Of a DNA stretch of 64,000 bases, positions 1 through 13,888 are shown piece after piece. Position 1 is the first letter of the stretch, and each line of letters opens with the position of its first letter. The notes below the pieces were generated by a model. It made no database searches. It was given only the letters and a program-made list of their open reading frames with translations, and was not told the origin of the DNA. The DNA is from Octopus vulgaris (lineage: Eukaryota): the NCBI GenBank assembly GCA_951406725.2, contig OX597814.1, forward strand, positions 153,202,001-153,266,000. Reading direction: 5' to 3'. Made by a program: the position numbers and the translations under genes.

Positions 1-67
1 TATAAAAGTTATCACATATCATACATTTAAGATAATACACTCACAATATATATAGTGTCCTCCCTTA

Positions 68-103
<36 letters not shown>

Positions 104-1020
104 AATAAATAAAAAAAACCTCATCTAACTGATAGACAAAGCTTCATTTATATACAACCATTAGCTCACAACTTAAATCTTTCATATTTAATATTGCTTT
201 TTATTCAGTTTTCCAGGTTTTGCATATTTTTATTGCTTTTTTTATACCTATTTTAAATAATCTCTGAAAATTTACATAACTTAGCTATTGGTGTGCAGCT
301 TGTAATACAATGATTTATTCTGAGAAGAATTAACTGGTTACTAATCCCTTTTCAATTCATCAAATCAACCAGCCTCATTAAAATCCAATAGGTCACTTAC
401 ATTTCCACTTCTATGCCGAAAGCTATTATATAAAATGAAAACTATCAAATTTCTTTCTGAAGACATTAATAATTTTATCTGAATCTATTAAGATCTTTAG
501 AAACTAGTCATTAAGTCTATGAGCTTAAACTATTTTGCATTATTTACAACAATTTAGATACCTGAAAATATGAGCAAAATGACGAGCTAAATATAGAGTT
601 TATATGAATCGTGGAGAAAATACTAAAAGCTCATGTAATTAGTTCATGGAATTATTGTATTAATGAAAAATAAAAAGGACACAAGAATGACTGAACTGAG
701 AACTAGTTCTTCAGTTTAAAAATAGACATTTGTTTACTAAACAGTAAACCAGTCACGACAGCAAATATATATTTTATACTCTCTGTATAAGAAAAGGAAA
801 AACAGAAAAAAAAAATGGATGTACATTTTACAAAATTTTTGCAACAAAATGAAAAGAATTATATGCCAGACTTGAGAATCCCAAACCAGGTTACCAGTGA
901 ATGAATGTTATCTGTAGACCAATCATTTCTGACCCAGTTGTATATCTCCTGTGGACAGGGCTCCCTCCAAATTACAAGCAATCTGATTTTTCTAAGATTT
1001 TACACATGAAACAAATAACA

Positions 1021-2301
1021 TCAATGCAGAAACTAGGAATAGATGAGTGGTTGGTGAAAGCTGTACAAGCCATGTGCAGAGATGCTGTCAGTAAGGTGAG
1101 GATTGGCAACGAGTATAGAGAAGAATTCCAGGTAGAAATAGGAGTTCACCAAGGATCAGTCCTCAGCCCCCTCTTATTCATCATAGTCCTCGAGACAATA
1201 ACAGAAGGATTCAAGACAGGCTGCCCTCGGGAGCTTCTCTATGCTGATGACCTTGCCCTAATAGCTGAGTCACAACCAGAACTAGAGAAAATGTTTCAGG
1301 TGTGTTCTGAGAGCATAGCTGCTAGAATAAGAATAACCTGGGCAAAGTTCAGAGAGACCCTACCTCTGCTAGTAACAAAGGGCCTCTCACTCAGAGTGCA
1401 AGGTAGACTGTATGATGCATGTGTGCAAACAGCCATGCCACACGGCAGTAAAACATGGGCTGTGATTGCTGAGGCTTGAAAGAAATGAAGCTAGTATGTT
1501 CCTCTGGATATGTAATGTCAGTGTGCATACACAACAGAGTATAAGCGCCCTGAGAGAAAAGTTAGACATAAGAAGCATCAGATGAGGTGTGCAAGAGAGA
1601 CGACTACACTGGTATGGTCATGTGTTTCATAAGGATGAGGATAGTTGCATGAAGAAGTGTCACATCCTAACAGTGGAGGGACTCTGTGGAAGAGGTAGAC
1701 CCAGGAAAACATGGAATAAGGTAGTGAAGCATGACCTACAAATGTTGGGACTCACAGAGGCAATGACAAGAGACGGAGATCTTTGGAGATATGCTGTGAT
1801 TGAGAAGACCCGGCAAACCAAGTGAGATCATAGCAGTGGCCGATACCAGTGTCGCATAACTGGTCCATTTAAAAGTACCTTTCAATATGCTGTGCTTGAG
1901 AAGACCTGTTGAGTCAAATGAAATCGTAATTGTGGCCAATGCCAGTGCTACTTGACTAGCACCCATGCCGGTGGCACGTAAAAAGCACACTCTCTCTCTT
2001 GAATATGGTCGATGCCAGTGCCAGCTGACTGGCTCCTGTGCTGGTGGCACATAAAAAGCACCATCCGAGCATGGTTGATGCCGGTGCCACCTGACTGGGC
2101 CCCATGCTTGTGGCATGTAAAAAGCACCCACTACACTCTTGGAATGTCTGGCGTTAGGAAGGGCATCCAGCTGTAGAAACTTTGCCAGATCAGATTAAAG
2201 CCTGGTGCAGCCTCCTGGCTTGCCAGTCCTCAGCCAAACCATCCAACCCATGCCAGCATGGAAAGCAGACGTTAAACGCTGATGATGATGATTATAATGA
2301 T
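1021..2301 (+). mobile_element. RTE-clade LINE, 5'-truncated and internally deleted (RT fragment, ORF C-terminus, modular 3' UTR, (GAT)n tail)
   Basis: RT motifs GVHQGSVLSPLLF and LLYADD; RTE C-terminal motifs RRLHWYGHV and GRGRPRKTW; ends aacccatgccagcatggaaagcagacgttaaacg plus (gat)n; stops and frameshifts; deletion near 1300. Confidence 0.9.
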
Positions 2302-2715
2302 GGTGTGTGTGTGTTAATGTCCTCCTAACTTAGTGGTTTGGCAAAAGAGAACAGCAGAATAAGTACCAGTACTGCGGTCAATTCATTTGACTAAAATTTC
2401 TTCAAGACTGCAGTGTAATAACTGAAACAAGTAAAAGATAAAAGATGTATATGCATGTGTATGCACATAAGTGAATGCATGGTTGTATGGTTAAGAAGTT
2501 CATGTGGTTTCAAGTTCTACCCATATCCTGGCATCCTTTGCAAGTGTCTACTATAGCTTAGGGTCACCCAATGCCATATGAGTGAAAATTTGGTAGATAC
2601 ATATTCTTGTTCGCTGTTGTATTGTCTATCTGTCCAGATGTTTTATTGTCCTCTATTGCATTTTTATTCCATTTTATATATTATATATATATATACACAC
2701 ACGTATGGATATACA

Positions 2716-3270
2716 CACAGGGAGATAGTAGAAATTTTCTGTTCGGTTACCTAGGTAATCTAATTAGCAGTAAAGGAGGATGTTCTAAAAGTATAGTAGC
2801 TAGAAAAGACAAGTTGGAGAAAATTCAGAGAAGTAGTATTGCTGTTGATGAAAAACATTCCTCTCTCAGAGTGAAAGGCAGATGTATGATGCTCATGTAT
2901 GTACTGCAATGCTACATGGTAGTGAGATGTGGGCCTTGAATGCGGAGGACTTGTGAAGACTAGAAAGAAATGAAGTAGCATGCTCTGCTAGATGTGCAAC
3001 ACCAGAATGCTTGAATGATGAAGTAGAAAGACATTGAGAGAAAAACTGAGCAAAAGAGGCATCATGTGGAATGTACAAGAGAGAAGGCTGCATTGCTTTG
3101 GACATGATGCATATAGATGAGGACTGCTGCATAAAGAATGCCAAGTGCTTAGTGTGAATGGGGCATGAGGAAGAGGGTTGCTCAGGAAAACATGGGACAA
3201 AGTAGTGAAGGCTGATCTCAGGATTTTGAGCCTCATGGAGATGACAAAGGACCAAGATGGTTGGTGATAA
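2716..3270 (+). mobile_element. Degenerate RTE LINE 3' ORF fragment
   Basis: Similar by eye to 1310-1800 and 35800-36350 (YLG, LRVKGR, ctagaaagaaatgaag). Confidence 0.75.
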
Positions 3271-4401
3271 AACCTGCCCATCATAGTGAAACTGAGATCC
3301 TGGAAGCATGATGTGTTTACACACAACTGGATCCTCTTAACCAATTTGTTCCAGTCAAACCTTCTCCCAGACACCCATTCATCTTATTACTGATCCCTTT
3401 ACCATTCTCCAAACTACTGTAGCATTCTGCTGCTGTATTTGACATTTTTGCTCCCCAGTACCACCTCCTTTGACATCCATCTTTCATTCTTAAAAACTAC
3501 CCCTCCCAACTCACATTTTGCATTGATCACCCTTTTTATACTACCAGTTATTGTTCCCTGTCCCCTGAACCAATTCCTGTTAGCTTACCTCTGACCTCTT
3601 CCACTCTCACTCCCTACACACACACACACTTGCAACCTACCCACTCACCATCCACCCCATCATCTCCCTCTCTCTCTCATCCTTCCCCTATTTGCTGCTC
3701 TTCACCCTTTCTGTATTGCTAGTCATTACCTCCTTTTCAACTTTCCCTTTAACCCATATTATCAACAACCCCTTTACCCTTTTTTCATAATTCACCCCTC
3801 CCACCCTATTCCCCTATCTCTAATTATCCTTTACACTCTCCCCCACCCTTTCTACTCACTTTCCTGTACCTTGAAGACACACTCTAACATCTTGTCACTA
3901 TTATCAATCTCTTTTCCAGCTCCACTGATTACTCCCACCCATTCTTAGATAGCAAGAAGCTTGTTCCTGTTCTTTCTTTAATATTTTAACCATTCAACAC
4001 TTAGTATAAAGCTATCTCCCTCTCTGTCATACTTACTGAAGAGGACTCTTTAGTGATGCAAATTACATGGCAATCTTAGAATGGTGCCATGAATAAAAAG
4101 CATCCAGTATACACAGTAAAATGACCAATGTTAAGAAAGACTTCCAGCCACAGAAACCAAATCAAAACAGACATCGAGGCACAATGCATCCCTCCAACTC
4201 AGATTTTATCAAGTCATCCAACCCATGCCAGCATAGAAAACAAACATTAAATGCATATATATCGACACACACACTTGAAAAACAGCAGGCAGGTAAGAGG
4301 ATCTGGTTGTAAAATAAGCCTTCTATAGTTATTTCTTCGACTCATGCTAGAACAAATATATTCATATGCACACACATGCATCTGTACTAGCCTATGTGTG
4401 T

Positions 4402-4511
<110 letters not shown>

Positions 4512-7500
4512 TGAAGAAAAGCTTGAACAAGGAACTGGTGTTAAGGCTGAAATGAGTGGCATATAAATAAAGATATATATTCGAAGGACTGGTAATGAAG
4601 CTAATCTCCATTAATGTAAAAGATTCATGGTGCATTAAGATGTCAAGAATAAATATTTATTAATTAATTTCAGAATGAAACAAGATTGCAATTAACTAAT
4701 TGCGATTTGTTTCATTCTGATGAACTTGTTAAACAAAGAACACAATAGATTGTATTTTATCATGAATCATCATTAGCATTTTAACGTCCACTTTTCTCAT
4801 GCTAGCATAGGTCAGATGAAATAAGTTGGGGTAGATTTTCTACAGGTAGATGCTCTTTCTGACACTAATCCTCCCTCACTTGCTTTAAGAAAAAAATTTC
4901 CTAGTCTTCTGAACATGAACAGACAATGTTTTCATGGAAGACTGTAAACAAATATCCCTCATGTGAGTGTTGTATTTACAGTTAGCAAGGACACACACAT
5001 ACACATGTTTAATGATTATTTTAATTCAGAGATTAGGAAAACTAGACACGTAAAAAAGAGACTCAATACATTTTAATGTAGTTAGATATTCTTATTATAC
5101 AAGCAGGGTCAAGTATCCAATATTATTTGTATAATAAAATATACATGTACACATACACAAACATTTAATAAGCTAAAAGAAAACGCAGTAGTAACTGCAC
5201 AGAGACAATAAGTACCAAGAGCACATGCAAAATAGATTCTGTCCACTGTATAGTTGCTTTCTAATAGTTTTGAGAATGTCTTTTATCTGGGGGGTCCTAA
5301 TTAGCAGTTGTCGTAGTAGTTCAGAAAGCACATTTATAGAACTCATTGGAAAAAGTTCAAGAAGTTATTACTACTGCTGGCAACAAAGGGCTTTCCTTCA
5401 GAGTGAAAGGGCAGATTGTGTGATGCTAGTGAATGGTGTGTGATTCTATATAGGTCTTGAATGCAGAAGACTAGAAAGAAAGCAAGTGACCAAGCTTCAT
5501 TGGATGTGTAATATTAATATGCATGATAAAAAGTATCCAGTACTCTGTTAAATTTGAGGTTGAGAAGACTCATGTTTTGTCAAAGATGTGACAACCTCCT
5601 AGTACACCCAGTGCACCCTGTTAAATGGTCAGTATCAGGAAGAGTATCCAGCCATAGAAACCAAGTCAAAAATTAAACTTGAATGCAATGTGATCCCCTA
5701 ACACAGAGCTGACCAACCTGAGGCTCACAGACTTTTATATTGCAGCCCACTTGATACTTTCATGAAGTATTGTGTTTAATTTCAAAATGAAATTGTTTGT
5801 GTAAAACATCTGTTTCAAGACAAATTTTAAATTTATAAGTGGCAACAAAGCAATAGCCTACAATTTTATAATTTTAAATGAACAAAAAGTATGGAGAATT
5901 CTTGATTCTGTAATTTGATTATTTGACTATTAGTGCATCAAGTATACAGGCAGCTCTCAAAATACTTTCTCTGATTCAAGTGTCCTGCAATGTAATTCAA
6001 GTTGGCCAAGCCTGCTCTAACATATTCCGTAGAGCCCAAGCCAGCATGGAAAGTGAACATAGAATAATGATGATGATGATGATTGTTATATTAGAAAAGG
6101 CAAAGAGAAGACACGGGTAAAAAGAATGGGCAAATGATATGTGTTGCTGGTAAGTTTATTGAGTGTGCTATTATTTGTGTAAAAGAATGACTACATACAG
6201 ATTAAGAAAGGTTTTAGGTGATATAAGGAGATGAGCTAAATACAATGTTCTAGACATGAAATGCAAATAAATGCCTAAATTGAGGGCAGAAAGTGTTCAA
6301 TGAAGAAATAGACCAGATTAGAAAATAGTGAACCTCACAAACAAGATGTGCTTGAGAGAGTTGCCATTCATTTCCTGATCAAAATTAAACAGATGGACCT
6401 TTTTTTTACCTTGGTAGCAGTTGTTGATGATAATGATGATGCTATAGCAGTCATTAAGAAGAATATTTTTAACACTGATTACCTGAGTTAATTTCTGACG
6501 AAGGGAGGCCCTGAGCAAGCATTAAATATCACTAGCTCTTTATAACATGCTAATGAAACTCTTATTCTATGTTTCACTTCAAGGTGGAACACGATACTTG
6601 TCAAGTAAATTCCTTCTCTCATATTCTTTCTAAGCCTGTCCTACCAATGTTACCTATAACATTACTCAGTGGCTTCCAGTAAGTTCTCTAACAAATGACC
6701 AGCTCTCCTCTCTCACTACATACATTTCCCATCACTATCTAACTACTCAAACATCCGTTTGCTGAGTGAAAGCTGACCTTCACAAAGACATTTTTCAAGC
6801 CTCAACACATTCCTTTCTTTTTTAATGGCTCTTCTATCTACATTCATAGTTCAAAGAGTGCCTCTATGCAAGCCAACAAAGGAAACTATAAGGTCACTCA
6901 ACCTGCTAGAAATAATAGCCAATTTCCTACATCTGCTAAATGTAAGGAGATTGATTAACTGTTCATTATCAATTTGTTTGCTTTTATTAGTCTAAATGAA
7001 GTTGATTGGTTTTTAGCTCCAACTGGTTGGTTGTTAACCAATTGGCATGTTTGTTGTTGACCAGTTAGTGAGTTGGCTGTTAACCAGTTGGCTAGCTTTT
7101 CAAAGCATATATAATATATTGTATGTTTTAATTACACCACACAAATCTGTATTCCTTCATCATTTCAAATATCAAAGCTGTAGTTGCTATCTAGTATGTC
7201 CATCTTGATACTTCCCAAAATGATGATTAATATCCCTTGCCACAATTATGATATCCTTGTTAGTTTTTTTTCTTTTTACAAGACCTTGTAGAACTGGTCT
7301 CTCTGCTCATTTGTTAATTCTATTCATCGTCATCATCATCATTTAATGCCCACTTTCTATGCTGTCATGGATTGGATGGTTTGACAGGAGTTGGTTAGAC
7401 AGAAGACTGCACTATGCTTCGCTGTCTGTTTTGACATGGTTATGGTTGGATGCCCTTTTTAACACCAACCACTCCGCAAAGTGGACTGAGTGCTTTTTAT

Positions 7501-8249
7501 GAGGCACCAAGACAGGTGAGGTCAGTTTTGGCATGGTTTATTTTTACACCTGGATACCTTTCCATATGCCAACCACTTTACAGTGTGGACTGGATGCTTC
7601 TTATGTGGCACCAGCATTGGCAGGGTCACCAAGTAACTTGCAAAATAAAGGTCCTTTGAGAAGGGATGTGGCATTGGAGGAGGTGATTTTGTGTCAGATG
7701 ATGAAAGGTGTCTTTCTGTAGAGGGGATACATGGTTACCTGGTCAGAGAGAGAAAATACAATAGCCATTGTTGTCAATCACTAGATTAAGCTAGTTCATT
7801 ATTTTTATCACTCCCTCTGACTAAATTCAATTCAGCAAGCCAAAGACAGAAAGCCTATATGGCCATGTGATCTTCTAGAAATAGCAAACAAATCTCTCTC
7901 TTCTTAAAAAAAAGAAAGGATACATTATAGTGAATGTAGTTCTTGATATACTATGCTTGGAAAAAGGACAGGACTGTCACAGCTGGAACATATCTGATCA
8001 TAAGTCTGCTAGATCAAGGTTGATCCAAGATTCAACAACATCAGCAACATAAAGTTCACTATCTAATCCTTCATCTCCTAAAAGTATATCTTCCCATAAG
8101 ACAACTCTGCCTAATTCTGAATTTATACAAAGCTCACTGGAAACCAATTTTTTAAAAAATTGGGTGGGAGAATCTGCAAGGTGAACTAACACAGAATTCT
8201 CTGTAGAAGACAGTGTTAGGAAATTGAAACATGTTATATGCAAGCTACA

Positions 8250-9260
8250 AACATTAGCTATAATAGAGAGGAAGGCCAATTTCAAAGAAGTATGATTTCC
8301 AGAAATACAAACATTTATCCTGTGAGAATGAACAAATACTGCAAAATATTTAAATGGACAAATAACTGACAGGAGGAGGAAACTTTAGGGCACCACTCGG
8401 AGAAATTGAAAAAGCAGTAAAGGAAACTAAGCCTTTAAAAACAAAAGCTAATTCAAAAGTCTCCTACAGGTTTGTGGGGGGGAAAAAAGTTACTAAGCAG
8501 AACCATTATTTGAATGAAATGCCCCTTTTATTACAGACCCTTAAAAGGTAGCTAAAATACTGAATAACTGTGTTCACAGGGCTTCACAACCCCACTAGAA
8601 CAAATAGCTGAACCAGTGAAGTTCTTCAATACTGCAACTTCCCATAGAAAAATTACATAAGATGTGATAATATGTTTGAAGTTATGTGAACCCAGCGTAG
8701 TTACAAAACTAAGAGAATAGCTGTATAACTTTTTAAGAGACAGAATTATTACAGCAATTAATAAAATAATAATCAACAGTTCATAGAGGATTGTTTCAAG
8801 GAGCTACCCTGAGTACCTAGTGACTTGTACTAGCACGCTCAGACATGTTATGACAATGATTCCAAAATCTTATAGACAATTAAAGGAGCAAATGGTGCTT
8901 CTTAAAGGAAAAATGCAGAACTTTGATACATGAAAATCACTGATGAAAATTTTACCAAGTATTCCACTCAACACAACATGAACACACCAAGCCAGAAGTA
9001 ATTCAATCCCAGAGAAGTGGGAGTAAAAATGAGTTATGATGTAATAATTAGGAACAAATTATTAAAATGAGACCAACATGAAAACTGAAGTTTCAGAACA
9101 TTTACAAGTCAAGATATATTACAAATTTTTTTTTCATATGAATTATATAAGGAAGATCAGCATTATTGGTCTTTATTGGGGTGGTTTCCATGACTGGTGT
9201 GAAGAAGGGAGAAGGTTATCCTCAGACAGAGGGACATCTAAAATGCTTGCAACAGAGTAG
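8250..9260 (+). mobile_element. Old, highly degenerate non-LTR retrotransposon RT fragment
   Basis: Scattered remnants resembling EIEKAVK, YRGI and GVKxGxxxSP (TGVKKGEGYPQ); many stops. Confidence 0.4.
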
Positions 9261-11579
9261 TGGTGTTAAACCAAGTGACAAATTAAGCCTTTCACTCAAG
9301 AACAGGAACAGCTCTTCAGACAAACTTCCATTTTCTCTACCACATTCTATTCACAATGCTTTGGTTGACTCAATGCCACAGTAGAAGATATGTTCAAGGC
9401 AACACAATGTGAAATAGAACCCAAAATCATCTAACAGGAAAGCAAAACCACAAGGCTATGCCATTGGTTTTTAGTCCTCTAAATTATTGCTCTTAAGTAT
9501 GAATCTTCTTGTAGAGTCAAGCTCAGTAATGTATTGGACACAGTCCAAAAGTCCTATATAAAGATTGTTTCTGTACAAGCTTATTTGCAGCAATTAAACT
9601 ACTGAGAGTGATTGAAACTTCATTACTTTACTTTTTGAAGTAGAAAAGTGGGGTAGACAGTAATTTATATCTGGAATATCTAAGGACTTACATTAAACTT
9701 TTATATTAAAAGTTGCACAAAACTCTGAACTGGGGCACCATTGCATTATGTCGAAAGTGCTGCATTCCCACCTCAGGTTAGGACATGGTTACTTCAGGTT
9801 CAAAGGACTGCAGCTCCTCAATAAGGAGATTTGCATGACATACATATTAATGCTAAGCACAGCACAAAAAAATTAGTGGAACAGGATTGATGGTAGTCTA
9901 GTGTGGCCACAGGCTAATTGCTGGAACCAGTAAACAAGAATTATCTAGAAGTTACCCCCCCCCCCCCCAAGCACCTCACTGCCCCATACAAAACACATTA
10001 TGTTCCATACACTCATACACATGTGCTATGAGCTGAACTACATGGCATTTTGTTAAATCTACCTAATGATGATTCCAGATAATAGATTTCAATTCAAAGT
10101 CCAATAGGAACTTTGGTGGCTCATTATCAGTATTATAATAAACATAAAAATCAGTATTAAAATTAAAACAAAACAATATTCCACTGGAATAAAATCCTAA
10201 GCCAAGAATCTGCATTCTACTGGATCATGGAAATTGCAAACAGTATGAGCAGAGAATCACTTTAGTTGCATAGTCCTTGGCAACTGGACCACAAAACTCT
10301 TGTGCTGTCTCCCATAGTCAAATGTTTGTTATAACCATAAGAGAACACCCATAACGAAAATGGGAGTAAATATTTTACTGATGGTATCTAATGTTTATGA
10401 ATTAGAATACTTCAGAATATTACCTATTCTAATACTAATAAAGCACACATTAGATGAATTCGATACTTCACGTAATACAATGATTGCAACAGTGATAAGG
10501 ATACGTTTGAATTTTACATTTTCGAGAAAGAAATACAAAAAAGAATTGATAAAAGATAAACCTTGTAACATCTAAAACAATTTTTTAAAAATCTGAACAC
10601 GGACTATCCGATTATAAGTTGCTATTTGTGGCCGTGATAGTTGTGTAGATATATTAGTAATCTCTCGGCATATCATCCTCACCAACATAACTTCTCTATT
10701 CATTAAAATACGTCAACTATCATTTCTGAAAGGGGCTCTCTCCCACAGGCTATGAGTAATGGATTTTCTCCAGAAACATAGATAAGAAATAACAAATTCT
10801 CCAGGCTATATGATCTGATCAGACGTAAAGTAAGAACATCGTGAAAGAAGCAAAGCAACTCGGCCGATATATAGTTCACTCAACCAAATCTAGAACTTAA
10901 AAAAGAAAATTAAAAAAAAAAAAGCTTTCTGGCATTTGTCTTTACTCAATAACGATACTTCCTGTTATCATTACCTTCAATGCAGATGTTCATTTGTTCT
11001 TAGGTTTCATTGAATTAATTCTCACTATCTTAAAAGTGGCATTCATTTGAACACGATGTTGTTTGTAGTTTACATTACAAACCTAGTTATCCATTAAATT
11101 CTGCTTTTCCTCCTTCCTAGAAGATATAACGCTTGGGGAGTTTTACAAATTGCAAGTATAAAATAAACCCCAGAAAAAGGAAGACTACTTAAAAATAAGC
11201 TAATAATAATTAACATTTTAAATCACAGGTCATAATTCATTTTTACTTAATGTGAAACACAAAGAATTGCTATAGGGATACGGAACATAAATCACAGCCG
11301 CGGTGACAATTACATTTCCTTTAACCAAAACTGATTATAAGGGTGGTGTTTTTTTTTTTATTCATTTTTTTTATTTCTGGGGGTTGGGGCAGTCGAAAAG
11401 AGAATCAAGTTTGAAAATCGTTGAAGAAACTTCTATCAAATATCGATAACGGCGAAAATATTTAAAAAGCATAACAGTGAGGGGAGGATGAATATCGAAA
11501 ACAAACAAAATCATAAAGTAACGATTTTCTCTTTGGTTTCCTTTCTGCGATTTAATTAGTTTTTGATCTGTGTCACGAA

Positions 11580-12065
11580 CCAACAAGTATATAATTGCCC
11601 GAGGTACAAGAAAATATTGGACGGAGTTGTTTAAAACTATTGTTTCTAAAAAGTACACTTGTTAAGTAGCGCCATCGGAACTGAATCGGTTAACAGCAAA
11701 GCTGTAAGATATCGCAGAAGAAAAACAATCGGAAAGACGTCATCCCGTCCCCCATCCCCACATTTTCTCGCAAATCATTGTTTTTTAAAATTTTTTTGCC
11801 AAAAACCCAAGTTTTCGGGAAAGACCTCCTCCCTTTCCCCTCCCCCCATTTTCTCGCAAATTATTATTTATTAAATTTTTTTTTTTTTTTTTGTCAAAAA
11901 CCCATTTTTTCGGATACGGAGATTCGGGGGGTACAAAAAGAAATCTTGCCGAACAATCTATTAATGAGTGATTATAAAAATGTCCGGTAGTTTTAGATAC
12001 CTATAAGAAACATTTTGAGGAACTTGACAGAACTTTTCCCTCTCTCACTATATATATATATAATA
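11580..12065. mobile_element. Putative non-autonomous Helitron/Helentron-like element with an internal ~90-bp tandem duplication
   Basis: Two copies of ggaaagac..cccc..cattttctcgcaaat..caaaaaccc..ttttcgg at about 11731-11913; (TA)n end; CpG-rich relative to flanks. Confidence 0.35.
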
Positions 12066-12563
12066 TTAACGGAACTTACTTTATATAATCTATGTAAAGG
12101 TAAGCTGAATAGAGAGTAAGAGAAATAACATGAAAAAGTAACGGATACATATAAAGATGAAAACTATATGAGAAAAGAGTTTCAGGTGAATAGACTTAAC
12201 AAGGAATATTTATATATTAAAAAACAAACAAAAAACATTAATCAGTAAAAGATATGGTAGAGCTTTGTGACAGTTGGAGACGTTATCAGAGATAATACAT
12301 AATAGAAACAGTTTTTTAAAGTATGTTTCAAATGAAAGTGAGACTTAATTGAGGTTAAATACAAACAAGAACATAATAAATCAGTTGATAAATTAAAGGA
12401 GAGATTTTTATAAGTAAACGAACTAATTAATGAACCCTCACTTGATGACCATCTTCTACTAAAATTGATTGATGACACATAAACTGAATATTAAAAGTGA
12501 TAGGTCATAAATTTCCCTATTAAATGTAGTTTTCCCTAATATTTACAAATAATAAATATGTAC

Positions 12564-12638
12564 CTTTAGATCATTTTCCGGAAGATATTTGCATTCTTTT
12601 GCAATTTCTATCCACTTGTCAACACATTCGTCCGCCAT
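12564..12638 (-). CDS. PPP6C: Ser/Thr protein phosphatase 6 catalytic subunit, first coding exon (75 nt); remainder not found in window
   Basis: Minus strand translates [25 protein letters not shown] followed by a GT donor (AAG|gtacat). Matches the PP6c N-terminus as recalled (human [25 protein letters not shown]) with the same 75-nt phase-0 first exon. Confidence 0.9.
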
Positions 12639-13732
12639 TTCTGATAACCTTTATTTTAGAAAAGCTCAACAAGGGGCATAACTCTGAATCATTATCTGCA
12701 CACGCTAAACTTGATTGAACTAGATGCATTCTTACAAAAAATTCTATGTTTAAGTGACATATTTACATAAAGCTTTCTGTTTTTAAGAAAGATAAGGCAT
12801 CATTTAATAATATGATCTTTTTTGAAAATTACTATCCGCTACACTAGAGTATTTAAATTTTAATGAAGGTATATTTCAGCACGCAACTTGACATATTTGC
12901 TAAGGTCATAACTGGCTAGTTATTCGCAAGTTGATAAACGATACCTAGAGTGGAGATTATATTCTTGTAGGCCTGCAATAGATGCCTTATGACTCACTTA
13001 GAAAGAGAACTTTTAATATGTCTAAAGTAAATAAATACTAATGGAAAAGGGGATAAGATAACCATATCCAAGACACTGCACTGCAATATAGTTTTTAAAA
13101 ATCAGTCGTGTAGTTCGAAAGGAAAAAAAAAGAACATAAACGACACTTTTGAAAATATGATACCCTAGTAGCGCAGCTGAATAAATAAATATCTACCTTG
13201 TAGAAATAGTAATATTGTGGTTATAAACTTATATATGCGAAGTGTGGAATCTAACAGGGGAAACATGAGTATTGGATGTGGTGGGGGTACAGCGAAGCCA
13301 AGAGACGTAAACGTACACATATACGATATACCTATATTATATAAGCATACACACATGCACGCAGTTGTTAGAGCATCGGGGCAAGATGGCTTATTTATTC
13401 TGACACCTTGCGTTCTCTATTCAAATTCCGCCATGTCCCATCATAACAACATCACCTGGCTCTTGGGTGCCTTTAACTGAATCCATTGTTTTGCAAGCAT
13501 TCGCACAAGGTGTGTCCGATACGGGGGATACTTTCGTTTCAGTCACAGAGGCTCTGTAACTAGTCATGGGCACAGCCCTTCATTTCTGATAAAAAGAAAT
13601 AAAAAGTTTAGAACTAGAATTTCAGATGAGTGTTGGAATGAAGGATGAAGTTCACATGAATGTGTGTGTATGACAGAGAGTGCGTGTGTGTGTGACAGAG
13701 AGTGCGCGTGCGCGTTAACCCTTAAGTTGAAA

Positions 13733-13783
13733 CCAGTTTGATAATTGCTAACGCACGAAACTCTCGACCCTTGAGTCGCTCTG
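13733..13783 (+). ncRNA. Degenerate type I hammerhead-ribozyme-like motif
   Basis: TTGATAA (vs CTGATGA), stem II TGC-TAAC-GCA, GAAAC, stem III ACTC/GAGT, GTC triplet; lies upstream of a Penelope RT fragment. Confidence 0.4.
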
Positions 13784-13888
13784 CCATTTTAGCCGATTAT
13801 TAATAAAAAAAAAGTGTGTGTGTAATTTTAATAAAAGTATTTATATACTCATATCTTGAGTTCTATTTTACCTGCTTGCATCCCCATA

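Noticed and set aside
901-1479. 192-aa ORF as a host gene
   Set aside because: Chance fusion of flanking DNA with an internally deleted RTE RT fragment
7000-7095. Degenerate ~20-bp repeats (ggttgttaaccagttgg)
   Set aside because: Low-complexity decayed minisatellite with no further structure
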